DNA from: a virus
Taxonomy: Duplodnaviria > Caudoviricetes
IMG/VR virus record: IMGVR_UViG_3300027741_000085
Location: 1 to 54,249 of that record
DNA length: 54,249 nucleotides
Strand: one strand, 5' to 3'
Of this stretch, positions 1 to 8,632 are shown piece after piece (position 1 is the first letter of the stretch; every line of letters starts with the position of its first letter). Position numbers and translations under genes: made by a program. The notes below the pieces were generated by a model. That model was not told where the DNA came from and ran no database searches. It saw only the letters and a list, made by a program, of their open reading frames with translations.

Positions 1-229
1 CGTTATGCCTGTCTTTGGCAGCCACAGCCAAGCCGAGCATGTAGTGGTCTTCGAGGCCCTCACGGACTCCGAGTTTGGGGGCCTTTCGTAGTCCGTGACC
101 CACTTCCCACCCAATCCGCCAAGCCGATTCGATGAATGGATTGCCCTTTGGAAATTCGGGGTGCGCATCGGCATAACTAGCGGTTGCAGGCAACCCCTCT
201 ATGCTATCTGTCGGTGGATTCGTCTTCAT
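1..229 (-). CDS. Cassette-borne hypothetical protein, truncated at the window edge (MKTNPPTDSIEGLPATASYADAH...KDRHN)
   Basis: Manual translation. The ATG lies in the loop of attC A1 and the frame stays open to position 1, ending at GGCATAAC, the start of the next attC. Confidence 0.65.
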   Translation of the reverse strand, partial: MKTNPPTDSIEGLPATASYADAHPEFPKGNPFIESAWRIGWEVGHGLRKAPKLGVREGLEDHYMLGLAVAAKDRHN

Positions 230-262
230 GGCTTCGTGGTTGCCTGACCCTTATCGTTCTAA
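171..262 (-). mobile_element. attC-like site A1
   Basis: Minus strand AAC-gataa-gggtcaggcaacc...ggttgcctgCaacc-gcta-GTTATGC: an imperfect inverted repeat with an extra C. Its arms are nearly the same as those of site C4. Confidence 0.85.
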
Positions 263-571
263 TCATTCATCGGGCATATTGGGTAGCCACATCCAATGCG
301 TGATATGGCAGTCGATTGCTTCGTCGCTATGCACGTCGATCCAGTCTTTTCCGTCCCATGACGCGACGTAGTGCGTGCCTTGGTCGGTGGCGAGCACTGG
401 CTCAGGATCAGGCGGGAGCCACGAATCGGAGTTTACCCATGTCGGCACATTGCGCTTTTCCGCCATCGCTATGATTTGATCATGGACGCGGTCAGGCATC
501 TGACCAGAACCATGCGGTGCAGCGCAACGGGCAGGGTCTTCGGTGGTTTGAATATCGTTCGCTTCGTTCAT
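263..571 (-). CDS. Cassette gene, DUF551-like protein
   Basis: W-x-P...VL...W...ITHWMWLPNMP motif typical of phage DUF551 proteins. Confidence 0.75.
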   Translation of the reverse strand: MNEANDIQTTEDPARCAAPHGSGQMPDRVHDQIIAMAEKRNVPTWVNSDSWLPPDPEPVLATDQGTHYVASWDGKDWIDVHSDEAIDCHITHWMWLPNMPDE

Positions 572-634
572 ATTTTTTGGTGGTTTAATTGTTGGTTGCG
601 GTCAGCCTGCCCGTTGCTGACCTGATCGTTCTGT
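504..634 (-). mobile_element. attC-like site A2
   Basis: AAC-gatcag-gtcagcaacgggcagg...cctgcccgttgcgctgCac-cgcatg-GTT on the minus strand. Confidence 0.85.
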
Positions 635-879
635 GAATAGATCGGCTCGCTCCACGTCCGCACAGGGAAGTGGATTCGCTCGCCGCCGAGTCCGTTCTTC
701 CGCAGGAGTGAGCAGACACCATCCGCTTGCTCCTTCGTGTCGTGTCGATCTCGGGTGGTGTTTTCGTGCCCCTCGTAGGAGAAGCTAAGCAGGTCGTCAG
801 GCCATTGAGCGCACGAGTTCCATGCGATCACAGAACACGGCACTGGTGGCAACGGAAGGGGATTCTCTGGAGTATCCAT
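568..879 (-). CDS. Cassette gene, hypothetical protein (probable start MDTPENP at 879)
   Basis: The ATG lies in the loop of attC A3. The stop overlaps the next ATG (ATGA) inside attC A2. Confidence 0.7.
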   Translation of the reverse strand: MDTPENPLPLPPVPCSVIAWNSCAQWPDDLLSFSYEGHENTTRDRHDTKEQADGVCSLLRKNGLGGERIHFPVRTWSEPIYSQNDQVSNGQADRNQQLNHQKI

Positions 880-959
880 ATCAGTCTTGATTTGAGTGTT
901 GAGCGGCTTCGTCGGAGCGCATCGCCGCCCCTTCCGTCGCCACAGTTTTGACGTTCTCT
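830..959 (-). mobile_element. attC-like site A3
   Basis: AAC-gtcaaa-actgtggcgacggaaggg...cccttccgttgccacCagt-gccgt-GTT on the minus strand. Confidence 0.85.
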
Positions 960-1246
960 CAACTGAACATAGCGGCATGTTTGATCGCTACGCATGATGA
1001 GCAAACATAGTATTCAGCCTCTTGTGTGCCGCCCTCATAGGCTCCAACTATTTGCACCCATATCAGTTCACCTTCTTTTGCGTCGGAACACACATCGCAG
1101 TCACGCGGATCTTTTGCCCAGAAGTCGCAGCACTCTAGCCCCATCTGGTCAGCCATCTGGTCAACCGTCAGAGAACACGGCACTGCATCCGACACGCAAA
1201 GCGGCGGTGGCGGTTCCGCGGGCGGAGTATGCGCGATCTCACTCAT
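959..1246 (-). CDS. Cassette gene, small Cys-rich (CxxC...CxxC) protein
   Basis: ORF track; CDVC and CSSC motifs; start lies inside attC A4. Confidence 0.7.
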   Translation of the reverse strand: MSEIAHTPPAEPPPPLCVSDAVPCSLTVDQMADQMGLECCDFWAKDPRDCDVCSDAKEGELIWVQIVGAYEGGTQEAEYYVCSSCVAIKHAAMFS

Positions 1247-1279
1247 GATTCGGCGTGCGTATGAGTTTGATCGTTACAT
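1170..1279 (-). mobile_element. attC-like site A4 (outer boundary of array A)
   Basis: AAC-gatcaa-actcatacgcacgc...gcgtgTcggatgCagt-gccgt-GTT, with two extrahelical bases (T and C). Confidence 0.85.
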
Positions 1280-1755
1280 AGTTGACTAATTTTCACAGCC
1301 CAGCCTTCCGTTTGCTTCTGAGCAAATCGCCATGTCCACATGGGGAATGCGCTGACGGCTTCTTTGTATGCGCGCAGGGTGTGTCCGTTGTGGATACGGG
1401 GGCCTTTGACTTCACAGAGGCACACAATTTCTGCGCCTCGCAGGACGACTAAATCAGGGGTGTAACGGGTGCCGCTGGGGAGATGTAAGGTGAAGGGTTC
1501 AAAAAGCACGAGGCAACTTTGATGTTCAGCGATAAGAAACCGCTGATATTCTTGCTCTCCTTGGTTCATCTTCCGGGGGCGGGGCATCCGAATCTGGGGC
1601 GCGCTAGTGGCGGGTTGAACCAAGCCGTTCGTGCGAACGAACTCAGCGGCTTTCACGCCTTTGGGAAGCTGGATCGTGCTGCCAGACGGCAAGTTCATGA
1701 ACGCCCGGTATTCCTTCGCGGTCATCTGCATCTGAGCTGGAGAAAGGGTGCTCAT
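1243..1755 (-). CDS. PD-(D/E)XK endonuclease (phage resolvase / DUF1064-like)
   Basis: YTPDL...EVKG motif; the C-terminal tail is encoded by attC A4. Confidence 0.75.
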   Translation of the reverse strand: MSTLSPAQMQMTAKEYRAFMNLPSGSTIQLPKGVKAAEFVRTNGLVQPATSAPQIRMPRPRKMNQGEQEYQRFLIAEHQSCLVLFEPFTLHLPSGTRYTPDLVVLRGAEIVCLCEVKGPRIHNGHTLRAYKEAVSAFPMWTWRFAQKQTEGWAVKISQLCNDQTHTHAES

Positions 1756-1811
1756 ACGTAAGAGAATGCTTTTTGCTTGTGAAAGCGGGCGTTCTCGGGT
1801 TTACTAAGGGT

Positions 1812-2036
1812 ATGAAACTGGAGGCTCCCACCAATCCTGATGTCATTGAAGCGCTGAATCTGCCCGCCAATGCTCCCTTCATTCAACTGGTGATCCCGCC
1901 GCCCACCTGGTGGCAAGAAAACCGCGAATGGATCATTACCGTGTTTCTCCTGCTGGTCATCGCTGTTTGGATACTGAGCGCCCGCAGTGAGCAGACTGAG
2001 GAGGATTACAACTCCCGGTATGAACTTGTTCATTAG
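1812..2036 (+). CDS. Small membrane protein
   Basis: Hydrophobic stretch WIITVFLLLVIAVWIL. Confidence 0.5.
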   Translation: MKLEAPTNPDVIEALNLPANAPFIQLVIPPPTWWQENREWIITVFLLLVIAVWILSARSEQTEEDYNSRYELVH

Positions 2037-2214
2037 CTTTTTGCTAGGGCTTACTTTGCTCTGCTCCTCCTGTCGTAGATCGTATCCGCATTGTGATCCT
2101 ACTGCGTCAGTATGCCCAGCTTGCGCAAACTGCACCAAGTGCCGCGCCTGCGTAAGTGGCATTACCTGTTCCGTGTGCCGCGAGAATCCACTCCAGAAGT
2201 TTAGAAAGCACTGA
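2020..2214 (+). CDS. Small Cys-rich putative lipoprotein
   Basis: Signal peptide with LCSSC lipobox-like motif followed by several CxxC motifs. Confidence 0.5.
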   Translation: MNLFISFLLGLTLLCSSCRRSYPHCDPTASVCPACANCTKCRACVSGITCSVCRENPLQKFRKH

Positions 2215-2325
2215 GCCAATGCGGCCAAGTAGGTAGAAGGTTGATCTATAAAATAGGTATTCATGCTTATGGATAACGCTGGCTTGGGAATGCTATGACA
2301 TTGGATGGACAGACAGGGCGTAGTT

Positions 2326-2748
2326 TTAAGCACTCTTTTCCTTACCGTAGTGCAATGGTTCATCAGCGATAATGGCAAGATTATTTCGTTGCTCGGCTCC
2401 CTCTTCCGTGAGTTTGGCTTCCTCATCGCAGCACTGAATGGCCCATTGCTCAAGGGTTAGCCCTGCGGCAAGAGATGCTTCGTTGTAAGCGCGGAATCGG
2501 GGTAGATCGACCTCTAGGCTAAAGATCTGATTTGTAGGCTGGAGTTGTTGTTTGCGCTGTTCTTCCTCTGCGGCGCTGTCTTCCATTAGGCGCTGGATTA
2601 ACAGTAATTTGGAATGAGGAATATTTTGCGGACTTGATAACCAGTTATCCACCGTCTTTGAGGCGACTCCAAGCTGCTCTGCTAGCCAATCTCTTTCTCG
2701 GTTAGATTTTTTGAGCCAGTTTTTTATGGCCTCTTTAGTAAGCGTCAT
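2326..2748 (-). CDS. XRE-family HTH repressor (cI-like)
   Basis: HTH WLAEQLGVASKTVDNWLS; divergent from a small cro-like gene. Confidence 0.75.
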   Translation of the reverse strand: MTLTKEAIKNWLKKSNRERDWLAEQLGVASKTVDNWLSSPQNIPHSKLLLIQRLMEDSAAEEEQRKQQLQPTNQIFSLEVDLPRFRAYNEASLAAGLTLEQWAIQCCDEEAKLTEEGAEQRNNLAIIADEPLHYGKEKSA

Positions 2749-2758
2749 AGTGACTAAT

Positions 2759-2834
2759 ACCTTGTTTGAGGCGATCTGGCAAATAAAAACCTTAAATAAG
2801 GCGTTTTAGTGTTGCATACTGCCTCACATGAGGT
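2759..2834. promoter_or_regulatory. Immunity switch: three 14-bp palindromic operators and a rightward promoter
   Basis: ACCTTGTTTGAGGC (2759), ACCTTAAATAAGGC (2789) and GCCTCACATGAGGT (2821). TTGCAT...TATTAT overlaps the third operator. Confidence 0.7.
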
Positions 2835-2848
2835 ATTATTAAGGCGTT

Positions 2849-3058
2849 ATGAGCACCCAATCACCACAACTACAGCTTCCACCCATCGCCTTGGATGCCT
2901 TGTCGCCACGGGGTAAGGATTACCTGATTGCGATGGCGAACAAGGACAACGTTACACCTACAGATGCGTTTATCCGTCTGCTGGATCGTGCCGCCGCCCG
3001 CGCTGGTTTCCGCACTACGCCCGCCTCCAACCAGCAACGCAAAGGAGAATCCGTCTAA
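2849..3058 (+). CDS. Small DNA-binding protein, cro-like by position
   Basis: First gene of the rightward operon, divergent from the repressor. Confidence 0.55.
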   Translation: MSTQSPQLQLPPIALDALSPRGKDYLIAMANKDNVTPTDAFIRLLDRAAARAGFRTTPASNQQRKGESV

Positions 3059-3267
3059 TGAACGAGGAATTACCAGAGCTCGAAGACTCTACAGAAGAGA
3101 ACGCGGTTCTCTACGGTGGGCCTTTTGATGGCTTGGGAATTCCTCCTCATCCGATGGGCGGCGAGATTCTTTACTACGGACATTCCTACCACTGGTGCGC
3201 GTGGATGACTGCCCGCCTGCGCAAGCCAACCTTTATCAGTGAGCATTTGCACCTTCAGTTCTTCTAA
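3058..3267 (+). CDS. Hypothetical protein (GGPFDG motif)
   Basis: Coupled to the previous stop codon; the GGPxDG motif is common in small phage proteins. Confidence 0.6.
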   Translation: MNEELPELEDSTEENAVLYGGPFDGLGIPPHPMGGEILYYGHSYHWCAWMTARLRKPTFISEHLHLQFF

Positions 3268-3272
3268 CCATC

Positions 3273-3458
3273 ATGACGACGACACCACAATCCAAACAAA
3301 ACCTGCGCCGACTGGCCATAGCCAAGCCTGCCTGTCTCTACACCACGCCTTTCTGTGCGAGCTTTCCCACGCCGCCGCTGGTATTTGAAGAGGCGAGCGT
3401 TCAGCAAGAGGGTAAGAAGCTTTATGGACTCCGCACGCGTCGCACAATGTGGCGCTGA
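3273..3458 (+). CDS. Hypothetical protein
   Basis: ORF in operon context. Confidence 0.45.
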   Translation: MTTTPQSKQNLRRLAIAKPACLYTTPFCASFPTPPLVFEEASVQQEGKKLYGLRTRRTMWR

Positions 3459-3500
3459 TAATTAGTCAACCATCCATTCAACCACCCTCCACTCCACTCC

Positions 3501-3779
3501 ATGAAACCCGAAGACATTACACCAGAAGCCGCCCTCAACTGGATACGCAACCAGCGCCGCTACCTCATCGTGCGCGGCTACCTCGGCTACCACATCGCCA
3601 GCATCACGGGAAAGCGACTCACGGAGTCCTTTCGCAGCAATGGTGCCGCCGCCCTCGACCTTGTTCGGAAGGTGAAACCCACGAACCTCAAGGAAACCGC
3701 CACGCCCAGACGCACGGCGCTCAGCCAACGCACTCAGCGCGGCATGGCTGGTTTGGACTTCAGCCTTCTCACCAAATAA
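3501..3779 (+). CDS. Hypothetical basic protein
   Basis: ATG after the AATTAGTCAAC motif and a pyrimidine-rich leader. Confidence 0.65.
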   Translation: MKPEDITPEAALNWIRNQRRYLIVRGYLGYHIASITGKRLTESFRSNGAAALDLVRKVKPTNLKETATPRRTALSQRTQRGMAGLDFSLLTK

Positions 3780-3785
3780 CGCACC

Positions 3786-4151
3786 ATGAGCCTAACCACT
3801 CTTAGCCCTCAGATGCTCAGCGCTATCGCTGGGCAACGGGAAAAACTCATTGTCATTCAGGTGCAGGCGGACCATGCGCCGCAGCCGGAATGGATTACGC
3901 CCCCTGCCCGCAGTGTGCCAGGGAAACCGCCGGTGCGCTGTCCTTACACGGGGCTATCCCGCAGCACGCTCTTAGATCTGATCATTGAGAGCATAGGAAC
4001 AGAACACGAGGTCGTTATCAAACATCGGCGCAAAGCCGGCGCTGATAAAGGCGTCATCCTCATTCACTACCCCAGCCTGAATGCCTACCTTCATTCCCTA
4101 CCTGCGTGGAAAGAAGCCAAGGTGCTGGAAACAGCAGAGCAGGATAATTAG
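3786..4151 (+). CDS. AlpA/excisionase-like DNA-binding protein
   Basis: CPYTGLSRSTLLDLI...GVILIHYPSLNAYL resembles wHTH directionality-factor proteins. Confidence 0.6.
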   Translation: MSLTTLSPQMLSAIAGQREKLIVIQVQADHAPQPEWITPPARSVPGKPPVRCPYTGLSRSTLLDLIIESIGTEHEVVIKHRRKAGADKGVILIHYPSLNAYLHSLPAWKEAKVLETAEQDN

Positions 4152-4188
4152 TCAACCATTAGTAAACATAACACTCCACTCCAAAACC

Positions 4189-4587
4189 ATGAGCTTCCTC
4201 ATTGAAACAAACCAACAACCAGCCGTTACTCCACCAAACGCCTACGAGGTGTTAGGATGGACTGTTCAATATTGCAGTGAGCAAACTGCCGAAGGCCGCG
4301 ATCTACAGACAATTAAAGCGACTGAGATAATCTTAGCATTTCAGCAAGCGTTTCACCTAAAATTAACCACCAGCACCACGCCTCCGACAGCCGCCGGAAC
4401 GTGTGAGTTCAAAGGCGTGCTGAACTCGGACTTCGTAGGCTCTATGGAGTTCTCGGATTTCTGCCCCTGTGAAGTCTTCATCCATGAGGAATCCAAACTG
4501 CTCTACGCCAAAGTAACCGCAGGCGGGTTACTGGAATACACGGACTACATCGGCCAGTTCCAAGGCGAATGGAGAACCGCAGCTTAA
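4189..4587 (+). CDS. Hypothetical protein
   Basis: ATG at 4189 in the long ORF. Confidence 0.6.
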   Translation: MSFLIETNQQPAVTPPNAYEVLGWTVQYCSEQTAEGRDLQTIKATEIILAFQQAFHLKLTTSTTPPTAAGTCEFKGVLNSDFVGSMEFSDFCPCEVFIHEESKLLYAKVTAGGLLEYTDYIGQFQGEWRTAA

Positions 4588-4635
4588 ACAAAAGAATTTT
4601 TCAATCATTCACTCCAACCCAACCAAGTAAACACC

Positions 4636-4893
4636 ATGTCCGAATCCGCTCCATCTCCAACTATCCCTATCACTGGCGAAGCCCCAGAAACTACTCCTAA
4701 AGACAGTCTTACCGTGAAGATGCCTGCGTTTCTGCGGGCGGCACTGGATCGTGAAGCGGCCAAGTGGGGCCAAAGCGCGCCGGAGTTTATCCGGTCCTTT
4801 ATCATCTTCGCCATGCGGCAGGAGGAAGGGGTAACGCTGAAACTGCACGCGGCGGCCATGGAAACAACGGGTGAACTGACTCTTAACGCATGA
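4636..4893 (+). CDS. Ribbon-helix-helix-like DNA-binding protein
   Basis: SLTVKMPAFLRAALDREAAKWGQSAPEFIR fits an RHH pattern. Confidence 0.6.
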   Translation: MSESAPSPTIPITGEAPETTPKDSLTVKMPAFLRAALDREAAKWGQSAPEFIRSFIIFAMRQEEGVTLKLHAAAMETTGELTLNA

Positions 4894-5066
4894 TGCCTAT
4901 TCTCACCGCTTTAGCCAAGAGCTTTCCGATAATACTCGGATTTGGGATTGGCGCTCTCATAAGTCACTTCATGGGGATTAACTACGACCATAACATGCTG
5001 GTATTTATGATGACGAGCATGGGCGTTTATATCGCTAATTTAGCCAACGAACTTGATGCCTTTTAA
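4890..5066 (+). CDS. Small membrane protein (58 aa, not in the ORF track)
   Basis: Manual translation MMPILTALAKSFPIILGFGIGALISHF...; ATGA overlap with the previous gene. Confidence 0.45.
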   Translation: MMPILTALAKSFPIILGFGIGALISHFMGINYDHNMLVFMMTSMGVYIANLANELDAF

Positions 5067-5415
5067 ATCGTTTATGCACTATCCTTATCAACACGGTTTT
5101 TATCAAGCTTGGGCGAAGGCATGGGAGCAGGAGCAAACGGCCCATCCGGTTAAAGACCTGAACACGTTGCCTCCGCTGCCAGCCAAGCCCAAGGAAGGCG
5201 TTTACTCGCGTGCTTTTTGCATGGACGAATACGTCCACCGTTACCTAATTTACTGGCGTGGGCAGTGGCGAACCTGTTTGGTTACCATGGAAACTTTTAG
5301 TGATCTCAAGATATGGCCTAGTCCTGAGCTTTCACTGGAGACTTTACTGAAAATCTTTGACCATCTTGAACCCGCGCATCGCTGGGAACTGCCATTAAGA
5401 CTCCTTCCACCTTGA
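5053..5415 (+). CDS. Hypothetical protein
   Basis: ORF track, operon context; start codon uncertain. Confidence 0.5.
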   Translation: MMPFKSFMHYPYQHGFYQAWAKAWEQEQTAHPVKDLNTLPPLPAKPKEGVYSRAFCMDEYVHRYLIYWRGQWRTCLVTMETFSDLKIWPSPELSLETLLKIFDHLEPAHRWELPLRLLPP

Positions 5416-5455
5416 ACCTTGAACCTTCATTCTTTCTTACCTCCTCTCCCTTGTT

Positions 5456-5872
5456 ATGAAAAGCATCTCCTTTGCCCTCACTGTTCCGCAGTTTCAAGAT
5501 CGTAGTAAATCGGTGACTCGTCGCCTTGCCTGGGATTCGCTCGTCGAAGCCTGCGCCCGTGGTGCGAAACCTATCCTTCGCGCCTGCGAGAAGTGTCAGG
5601 GCTTGAAGAAGGGAGAGAAAGCCGTGGTGCTGGGTTACATCCGTGTCGTGAGCGCACGGAAAGAACAGCTCAGTAAGATGCTGGACAATCCCGACTATGG
5701 CCGCCGGGAAGTGATCAAGGAAGGATTCCCAGAAATGGCTCCCGAGGAGTTCGTGGATTTCTTCGTGAAATCCCATCCCGACAAAGCGAACCCGACCACG
5801 AAGAAGACTTTTGTGACGCGGATTCAGTTTGAATACCTGAGTGAAGCCGAAGCGGCGGCGTTAGAGAATTAG
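5456..5872 (+). CDS. ASCH/PUA-like domain protein
   Basis: ISFALT..QF...KSVTRRL.W...EGFP...FVDFF...VTRIQFEY is typical of phage ASCH proteins. Confidence 0.8.
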   Translation: MKSISFALTVPQFQDRSKSVTRRLAWDSLVEACARGAKPILRACEKCQGLKKGEKAVVLGYIRVVSARKEQLSKMLDNPDYGRREVIKEGFPEMAPEEFVDFFVKSHPDKANPTTKKTFVTRIQFEYLSEAEAAALEN

Positions 5873-5895
5873 TCAACCATCCACCCCTCCATCCC

Positions 5896-6156
5896 ATGAA
5901 TACCGAAAGCTTAGCTGAACTTCTCCCACTTCCAGACACCACCGCGGGTAACTCCGCCCGCCGTCTTGTCTGGTCCCTTTGGAACCAGCATTACACCGTG
6001 AATCTTTATGAACACATTGGGAATCTCCCTCTTCCGGCCCGTGTGGAGTTCGGCGCGTTGATCGCTGGAAACATCGAAGATAGCGAACCCTACCTGCGTC
6101 GGCTTATGACTCAGACGGGTGAGTTTGACCGCATTGACACGCACCCTTTGAACTAA
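5896..6156 (+). CDS. Hypothetical protein
   Basis: ORF after the motif leader. Confidence 0.6.
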   Translation: MNTESLAELLPLPDTTAGNSARRLVWSLWNQHYTVNLYEHIGNLPLPARVEFGALIAGNIEDSEPYLRRLMTQTGEFDRIDTHPLN

Positions 6157-6160
6157 GACC

Positions 6161-6376
6161 ATGAAAGCTCTCAAACCCTTCATTGGAAAGCGTGTTATAC
6201 ATCACGCCAAACTCAAGGACATTGGGACAATCAAAGGGAAAAGCGCATGGATTACCACGATAGACCATCGTGATGTGATCCTTTTGTGTGTTGCAGGGTC
6301 ATGGGCATGGGTGCGCCGCCCAAAATGCAATCCTTACACATGCCGAACTAGAGAGATTACCCCAATAACAGCATGA
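6161..6376 (+). CDS. Hypothetical protein
   Basis: ORF in operon. Confidence 0.55.
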   Translation: MKALKPFIGKRVIHHAKLKDIGTIKGKSAWITTIDHRDVILLCVAGSWAWVRRPKCNPYTCRTREITPITA

Positions 6377-6477
6377 CCTACGGTTCCATTTGCAGCGGCA
6401 TCGAAGCCGCTACCACCGCTTGGCATTCGCTGGGCTGGAAGCCTGCATTCGTGGATTCACTACCCCTTACGAATTAG
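6373..6477 (+). pseudogene. 34-aa N-terminal remnant of a phage C5-cytosine DNA methyltransferase
   Basis: MTYGSICSGIEAATTAWHSLGWKPAF matches the motif-I region of phage Dcm proteins, then stops. Confidence 0.75.
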
Positions 6478-6534
6478 TCAACCATATCCCGCCCTCCTGA
6501 CTACTGGCTTCTGTCTTCTCACTCTTTCCTCCCC

Positions 6535-7425
6535 ATGTCTGACTGGATCAAATTCAACCGCTCGCTGCTCGCGAATCCCAAGGTGGACGCGATGCTGGCG
6601 ATTCTTTCCCAGCGTCGCAATGTTACGTTACGTGTTACGTCACGCGATACGGTGATTGTAACATTGCTCTCGTTATTCTTCGTCATCAATGATCATGCAG
6701 ACGGGGAACTCGTGCGTAACGCAGATGAGGATTGGGTGGACCGTCACAGCACGGAGGGCTTCGCAAGCGCACTCCAAAAAGTGGGGTGGTTGGAAGTGAC
6801 GGAAGAGGGATTACGCTTCCCGAAATTCCTTAACCATAACTCTCCAGCCCGCTCCCGTAAGCCTGCGAAGAGCAATGCAGAGCGGCAAGCTGAGTATCGC
6901 GCTCGTAAAAAAGGCGTTACTTCACCCCCCGCAGAATCCCCAGCCAGTGACGTAACAAGTAACGATGATGTTATGTTACGCTGTAACGTTACAGTAACAG
7001 AGAGAAGAGAAGAGAAGAGAAGAGATATTAATAAAGAAAGTAATCACGCGGGCGTGAGGGAAGCAGGAAAGCCGGACCCAGAAACGGAACTCGTGGAGAA
7101 GATCGTCACGGCCTACACGAAGCGAAAGGACGCGCCGATGGAGTGTCGCCAAGCAGTGCTAGCTGCTCTGCGCGGCGGTGAAGATGGCGTTACGATTCTG
7201 AGCGCGGTGCAACGTTACGTTACGGAAATCGAAGCGTCTCCGCACGGTTGGGATAACGCTTACATCCCGAACGCTAAGGCGTTCTTCACGGGCGCGCAGT
7301 GGGGCAGCATCGGCGGCCTCATCGCTCGGCTGAAAACGAACGGAGAGAAAGTCATTCGGCATCAGCAGGAGCAGAAGCGCTTACCTGTGACCACTGGACT
7401 CACCTTGGACTGGAACAATTCCTAA
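6535..7425 (+). CDS. Phage replication initiator protein
   Basis: DWIK N-terminus, wHTH (FASALQKVGWLE), NAERQAEYRARKK and REEKRR motifs; lies upstream of a DnaC-like ATPase. Confidence 0.75.
   Translation: MSDWIKFNRSLLANPKVDAMLAILSQRRNVTLRVTSRDTVIVTLLSLFFVINDHADGELVRNADEDWVDRHSTEGFASALQKVGWLEVTEEGLRFPKFLNHNSPARSRKPAKSNAERQAEYRARKKGVTSPPAESPASDVTSNDDVMLRCNVTVTERREEKRRDINKESNHAGVREAGKPDPETELVEKIVTAYTKRKDAPMECRQAVLAALRGGEDGVTILSAVQRYVTEIEASPHGWDNAYIPNAKAFFTGAQWGSIGGLIARLKTNGEKVIRHQQEQKRLPVTTGLTLDWNNS
6945..7030. repeat. Probable replication origin within the initiator gene
   Basis: Clustered GTAAC/GTTAC repeats, palindrome CTGTAACGTTACAG and an AGAGA tract; a second GTTACG cluster at 6620-6645. 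Confidence 0.5.
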
Positions 7426-7429
7426 CGCC

Positions 7430-8161
7430 ATGACTACCACGACTGCACCTTTACAAAATCCCCATTCTCCGGGCAGCAAAGCTTTCTGGGACTGGCATCA
7501 TGCCCGAATCGCTGCGCTGGATGCTGAACAGCGGGAAGTGATGAAGGTCGCGGGCGTGGAAGCAGCGCGGCGGCGCTGGAAAGCCATCCCGATAGAACTC
7601 ACTATGCCAATCAATCCGAAGCATTCCGGTTTCTGCATCTCTGACGAGTATTTGCAATACTGCCGGAAGTGGGACCCCGCGAGCGGGCGCGGCATCGGCT
7701 TGGTGGGAAGCCCAGGGATCGGCAAGACTCGAGTGCTCATTGAGATTCTTGGTCGCCTGCCGGTCTATGTCCCGTGGCTTTACCTCCCTGTGTGGCAGTT
7801 CTGCGAGTGCGTGGCCTTGGCTAATAGCCGCAACACGCAAGAAGCGCAGGAAGCACGTCATCTGCTGCAAAAAGCGCGCCGAGTGAAGGTGCTACTCTGG
7901 GATGACATCGGCGATCTCCGCGCCACGGATGCCTGCGTGCAAGAAGCGAAAGCCATGGTGGACTATCGCGTGCATCATCGGCTCCCCTTGCTCTGGACGG
8001 GAAACCCTAGCCAATCTGCACTAATCAGCAAATACGGCAAAGACGAAGCCATGCTGACCCAGATGCAAGCCGTGGTGCGCCGCCTGACCGGGTTCTCATG
8101 GATGCCTGGTGCGCGCACTGAAGCCCAGCCTAGCCTTTCGTTGGACACTCCAACAAACTGA
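7430..8161 (+). CDS. DnaC/IstB-like AAA+ helicase loader
   Basis: Walker A GSPGIGKT and Walker B LLWDDIG. Confidence 0.8.
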   Translation: MTTTTAPLQNPHSPGSKAFWDWHHARIAALDAEQREVMKVAGVEAARRRWKAIPIELTMPINPKHSGFCISDEYLQYCRKWDPASGRGIGLVGSPGIGKTRVLIEILGRLPVYVPWLYLPVWQFCECVALANSRNTQEAQEARHLLQKARRVKVLLWDDIGDLRATDACVQEAKAMVDYRVHHRLPLLWTGNPSQSALISKYGKDEAMLTQMQAVVRRLTGFSWMPGARTEAQPSLSLDTPTN

Positions 8162-8390
8162 CAAGAATCAACCCTAAAACCTAAGACATCTCATTCAATG
8201 AAAAAACCAAAAGTCAAATTCAGCCCCGAAGAACGCGAACGCTGACGCTTTTTCCAGCATTACACGGCCCGTATCCCTCGGAACATCATGAGCCCGCAGA
8301 ACGGGAAGAACAAGGTGCAACGGGCGCGGTTATCGTCTGCCTTTAGCAACTTCCGCCGCTGGGATAAACTGCCCGCATTCATTTAAGATC

Positions 8391-8606
8391 ATGAACAGTA
8401 AAACCGCTAAACTCATCCGTCGCTTTTCTCATGAAGGCGAACGAAGATTCGACCCAAACATTCGCGCTCATTATTTAGCAGCGAAACGAGGCTGGAACCG
8501 CACACCCCGCGCGCAACGGAAACTTATCCGCCAGGATATGAAAACCGTGGTGCGGCATCGGGTGCCATCGGCTACTTTAACCTCAGTTCCGGCGACAGAG
8601 AATTAG
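8391..8606 (+). CDS. Hypothetical basic protein
   Basis: ORF track. Confidence 0.6.
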   Translation: MNSKTAKLIRRFSHEGERRFDPNIRAHYLAAKRGWNRTPRAQRKLIRQDMKTVVRHRVPSATLTSVPATEN

Positions 8607-8632
8607 TCAACCATCCGCCCTTTCTTCTCCTC

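Noticed and set aside
171-1279. attC hairpins interpreted as terminators, REP elements or CRISPR repeats
   Set aside because: No U-tracts, the arms differ in sequence between sites, and the spacing is gene-sized. The AAC/GTT boxes and bulges fit attC.
1752-2453. 233-aa minus-strand ORF
   Set aside because: It overlaps the repressor and two plausible plus-strand genes. A shorter minus-strand gene (from MNTYF or MNKFI) cannot be excluded, but I could not support it.
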